Shown in pieces: positions 59,254 to 64,000 of a stretch of DNA of 64,000 nt. Made by a program: the position numbers and the translations under genes. Numbering within the stretch: the stretch's first letter is position 1; each line of letters begins with the position of its first letter. Below the pieces are notes generated by a model, which was not told where the DNA came from, ran no database searches, and saw only the letters and a list, made by a program, of their open reading frames with translations. Source of the stretch: Paraspadella gotoi (taxonomy: Eukaryota > Animalia > Chaetognatha); contig CM119268.1 of assembly GCA_051294375.1 (NCBI GenBank), forward strand, positions 16,373,074 to 16,437,073, given 5' to 3'.

Positions 59254-62200
59254 NCGACGACGAGATTGAGGCTGAGTTCTTGGTCACAGAGGACCTCGCG
59301 GATCTCCACCAGTTCGCCGAAGTATCTGCGAGGAGGAGGAGGAGGAGNNNNNNNNNNGATCTAGGGATCGCGTCCAGGGTTAGGTTGTATTTCTGAATCG
59401 GGGGGAAAATTGGCGCAAAAAAAAAAGCCGGGTTGCCTGTGATGCCCATTGAAATGGGGCATTTCACTGTTGGCCTCCTGTCACTGGCGCGGTTACCCTT
59501 GGACGGTCTTGCTTTGCCAACGCAGAGGGAAATCATAAGGAATGTGGATGGAACGCGACGCTTGGGATGGTGCGTTCCCCCTCTGAGCCAATATCATGGT
59601 GGATGTGAGGCGGAGTGAATATACCTCCACTGTTTCGTTTATTTGTTTTGGGAATATTTATAGCTGAGACTACGACTAGTTCGACCTAAATACTAATCCA
59701 TCCATCCATCCATCCATCCATCCAATCAATTCATCCATCAATTAAACAACAATTTCTCCTCAACCTCTCCAAAAACCAATCTTCGCCCCAGCCCCAGCCC
59801 CAGCCCCAGCCCCATCCCCCTCACCGCCAACTCCATCTCGTTCCACATCCTGGTTCTCTTCAACTTCCCTAATTCCTCGAAGGCGACGAACTCGTTGACG
59901 ATCGTCTTGANNNNNNNNNNNNNNNNNNNNNNNNNNNNNNNNNNNNNNNNNNNNNNNNNNNNNNNNNNNNNNNNNNNNNNNNNNNNNNNNNNNNNNNNNN
60001 NNNNNNNNNNNNNNNNNNNNNNNNNNNNNNNNNNNNNNNNNNNNNNNNNNNNNNNNNNNNNNNNNNNNNNNNNNNNNNNNNNNNNNNNNNNNNNNNNNNN
60101 NNNNNNNNNNNNNNNNNNNNNNNNNNNNNNNNNNNNNNNNNNNNNNNNNNNNNNNNNNNNNNNNNNNNGAGGACTTCGCGGATCTCCACCAGTTCGCCGA
60201 AGTATCTGCGAAGAAAAGGGGGAGGAGGAAGAAGAAGACTTTCGCGGCNNNNNNNNNNGCGAATTGTTTCGTTTTAATTTTAAAAATGCTGAGCTGGAAT
60301 GATAGCTTATTAAATATACATATCTGGAGGGTAGTAACTAGTAAAACAGAGAAAGATAGCGGAGCAATCACAAGGATTTGTAGACGAGTCATTGCACATA
60401 AGTTGCGATAAATGGCGGAAAAATTCAGTATAAGTGGTGGGGCTGGAAATAATCTTTTTTAAAACAGTCTTTTTCAAACTCCCGTAAAAAAGTCACATCG
60501 ATATTAAATTCAATTTAACTTCGACAAACTTTTATATTTTTCTTCATGTAAAGGAATTGAATTTAACTTTTGATTAGGTAATTTCACAGCTTGCTCTCCT
60601 TGAACCTCCTACTCCTTCTCTCTCTTCCCTTCACCCCCCCCCNNNNNNNNNNNNNNNNNNNNNNNNNNNNNNNNNNNNNNNNNNNNNNNNNNNNNNNNNN
60701 NNNNNNNNNNNNNNNNNNNNNNNNNNNNNNNNNNNNNNNNNNNNNNNNNNNNNNNNNNNNNNNNNNNNNNNNNNNNNNNNNNNNNNNNNNNNNNNNNNNN
60801 NNNNNNNNNNNNNNNNNNNNNNNNNNNNNNNNNNNNNNNNNNNNNNNNNNNNNNNNNNGCCAGGGCCATCACCCAAGAGACCTGGGTCGTTGTAACGGTA
60901 GAGTAAAGTGATTGTAAAGCTAACAAGCTTTAGAGATTTTTCGCCACAGCAGGTGAGGGGTTNNNNNNNNNNNNNNNNNNNNNNNNNNNNNNNNNNNNNN
61001 NNNNNNNNNNNNNNNNNNNNNNNNNNNNNNNNNNNNNNNNNNNNNNNNNNNNNNNNNNNNNNNNNNNNNNNNNNNNNNNNNNNNNNNNNNNNAAGTATGA
61101 AGTTTGTAAATACTGATACATAGACTGTTTTTTATGACTTGTAACGGGAGGCGGGGGCCAACCCTTTTTGGTTTTTTTGAGTTGAGTTGAGTTGAGGGTC
61201 ATTCTCTCGCTCTCTCTTTTTCTCTTTCTCTAAATCCCTTTTACTGCTTGTTTTGGATTAAAAGACGACACTGTGGCAGGAGATGTTTATATATATAACC
61301 GTTCATCAGCTGCCATTGGTGCGGTAACCATGTCATTCGCTTCCCAACCCAAAGGTCCGGGGTTCAAGTCCGGTGGTCGCCTAGCAGTTCAGAGAGACGG
61401 GTCGCTTAACCCGCCTGTAACACGGTGTTACAGACTGATCCGAAACTCAGGGACTGCTTATATTGAACCGTTCTGTCACTAACTCATAACAATAATTACT
61501 GTCTCTTCAACACCTATATAACGAGATATCCGACATTTGAATTGTTTTGTCTTTAGCACTGCATAGTGTATATACACCATAAATAATAACTGAATCGACC
61601 TTTTTAATGACGTAAAGCATTACGCCCGTGTGATAAAGCATCGCGACGAAGGAAGAGAAAAAGATGACGATGGGAAGAACTTGGAAGGCGAAGATGAAAA
61701 GGAAATCGTGACCCGCGCTCAAACCTGATTGATTGATTGATTGATTGATTTCATTGCTTTGATTTTATTGGATTGATTGTATTCGTGATTTATTGCTTGA
61801 ATCATTCGTTAATTCAATTCCTCATTCATACATTCATTCGTTCATTCGTTCTTTCATTCGTTCATTCATTTACTATTTGATTGATGTATACCATATTACT
61901 TACATAAGTCATAATATTATTTGTTAAGATAATTTTTTACTTATTTAACGATTGATTAATTAAGTCACTTATAATTTTATCTTTTTTTATGGATTCTTTT
62001 AATGTTTGATTGATAAGTGCTACTTTGTTTTTCTTAACCTTTGATGTTGAATACGAAATCGGCGCCGTAAGAGGAATAGTTGAGAAAGATCTCCGTTTGT
62101 TGGCCGGCGAATCGAAAGAAACAGAAACTAAAGAGAGAGGAAAAAGTGAACATCGCGAGACTCTGAGAGTTTATTAATAAGTTGATTGATTAATTATTAG

Positions 62201-62843
62201 TTGATTAATATTAAAATGTTCACTTTAATTGGCAAAAAAATATTAGCTTTTAATCTTAGTTTTTCGATGTATCAATTTCAAGAAGCTAAGGAAAGCAAGA
62301 GGATATCAACAAAAGTTAAAGAGAAACGATTCGCGACCACCACCAAACCACCCAACCACCAACCATCACCCCCCAATCTCCCAAACCCACCCTTCACTCA
62401 CCCTAGCCTCGTCTTCAACACCAAAACGGCGATGACGAACTGCAGGAGGAATCCGCCGAAGACGGGGCGCCACTTGACGTGACCCGGATGTCGAGAGAAG
62501 ACGAAGAAGAGGAAGACGAAGACGAGAAGACCGAATCCCGAGACGAGGGACGAGGGACGACGCCAAACGTCGCGACGACGATCACGAGACGACAGTGGCG
62601 ACGACGACGACCAGCGCCGCCGAGATCTCGACGGCGCGGCGAAGAATTCGGAGAGAGGCGGCGCCGGGAAGCAGGGCGATCGGCGGAGGCGGCGGCTGCT
62701 GCGGGCGGAGAGGCGCGGTCTGACGAGCCGCTCGTAGATGAGGAGGGCGACGACGACGACGACGGCGACGACGAGAAAATCCGCGCGATGACGACGACGA
62801 GACGTTTTGAGGTCGCAGTCTTCGTCGGCCGCGCAGGGGACCT
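59254..62843 (-). CDS. SLC28/CNT copy B: gapped, includes more N-terminal exons
   Basis: FSRHPGHVKWRPVFGGFLLQF (62398-62560), GADFVF (~62050), FAFQVLPIVIFFSSFVAMLYHTGVM (61600-61722); downstream exon fragments between N gaps match copy A. Confidence 0.85.
59411..59631 (-). mobile_element. L1 element, close relative of 33071-33325 with an internal deletion
   Basis: Shares gccgggttgcctgtgatgc...cggttaccct..gacggtct..ctttgccaacgcagagggaa...tgaggcgg; absent from the matching intron of CNT copy A (~55695). Confidence 0.8.
61272..61509 (+). mobile_element. TGTGGC-starting insertion with a tRNA-like core (L1-related)
   Basis: B box ggttcaagtcc; ACAC on both sides; absent at the matching site of CNT copy A (~57840). 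Confidence 0.7.
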
Positions 62844-63009
62844 TAGGGTGAGGGATAAATGGGCTTGGTAAGGTGGGTGGGTCGGGGAGAAAAGGGAGTA
62901 GGTAAGAAAGGTGGTTAAAGGTTGGACTTAAAAAATCAGTATCCTTATAAACCAATAAATAAATAATTTAATCCATCAATTAATCAATCAATTGAGAATC
63001 TACCTAGAT

Positions 63010-64000
63010 ATCTTTTCATTCGTTCATTCATTTACTATTTGATTGATGTAATCATATTACTTACTTAAGTCAATTAATTTTATTTGTTAAGAATAATTTT
63101 TTATCTCATTTTGAACGATTGATCAATTAAGTCACTTATAATTTTATGGATTCTTTTAATGTATTGATATTGATAAAGATGCTACTTTTGTTTTTTCTTA
63201 AACCTTTTGATGTGAATACAGAAACGGAACGCCGTAAGAGATAGTGAGAAAGATCTCCGTTTGTTGGCCGCGAATCGAAAGAAACAAAAACTTAATTATG
63301 AAGAAGGGAAAAAAAGTGAACATCGCCGAGACTCTGAGAGTTTAATTAATAAGTTGATTGATTAATTAATTAGTTGATTAATTATTAAAGTTCACATTTA
63401 ATTTGGCACCACAAAAACATTTAGACTTTTAATCTTAGTTTTACGATGTGTCAATTGCAAAAAGCTAGGAAAGCAAATGAGGAATATCAACCAAACCTCC
63501 CAACCACCAACACATCACCCCCCAATCTCCCAAACCCACCCTTCATCACCCTAGCCATCGTTCTTCAACACCAAAACGTCGCGATGACGAACTGCAGGAG
63601 GAATCCGCCGAGGACGGGGCGCACTTGACGTGACGGATGTCGAGAGAGAGACGAAGAAGAGGAAGACGAAGACGAGAAGACCGAATCCCGAGAGAGGGAG
63701 ACGAGGGACGAGCCAAACGTCCGACGACGATCCGACGAGACGATGGCGACGACGACGACCAGCGCCGCCGAGATCTCGACGGCGCGAGCGAAGAATTCGG
63801 AGAGAGGCGGCGCCGGGAAGCAGGGCGATCGGCGGAGCGGCGGCTGCTGCAGGCGGAGAGGCGCGGTCTGACGAGCCGCTTCGTAGATAGGAGGAGGCGC
63901 GACGACGACGACGGCGACGACGAGAAAAATCCGCACCGATGACGACGCACGAGACGTTTTTTGAGGTCGCAGTCTTCGTCGGCCGGCAGGGGACCTTATG
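63010..64000 (-). repeat. Noisy repeat of ~61850-62850 (two CNT exons), running off the window end
   Basis: Colinear with many 1-nt indels. Confidence 0.85.

Overview
AT-rich, microsatellite-dense eukaryotic DNA, most likely from an invertebrate animal (DEG/ENaC gene, TTAGGG-type repeats, spliceosomal introns, CpG-rich exons). The assembly has N gaps, noisy local duplications and homopolymer frameshifts. The first ~29 kb shows no recognisable gene. The rest holds four intron-rich minus-strand genes that I reconstructed by hand from splice signals and motifs. (1) A calpain with a two-exon 93-aa insert in the protease core, NPHG for NPWG, and a C-terminal CCVLL prenylation-type motif. (2) A divergent DEG/ENaC channel. 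(3) An apparent single gene fusing an ITPK1-like ATP-grasp inositol phosphate kinase to a choline/ethanolamine-kinase-like domain, with two tRNA-Cys genes in one intron. (4) Several partial copies of an SLC28/CNT nucleoside transporter. Small mobile elements include a ~200-255 bp TG-starting LTR-like family carrying tRNA-like Pol III boxes and covarying RNA structure, a 5'-truncated tandem-forming repeat with long target-site duplications (TSDs), a Penelope-type palindrome built on half a hammerhead ribozyme, and several MITEs. All homology calls come from motif recognition, not database searches.
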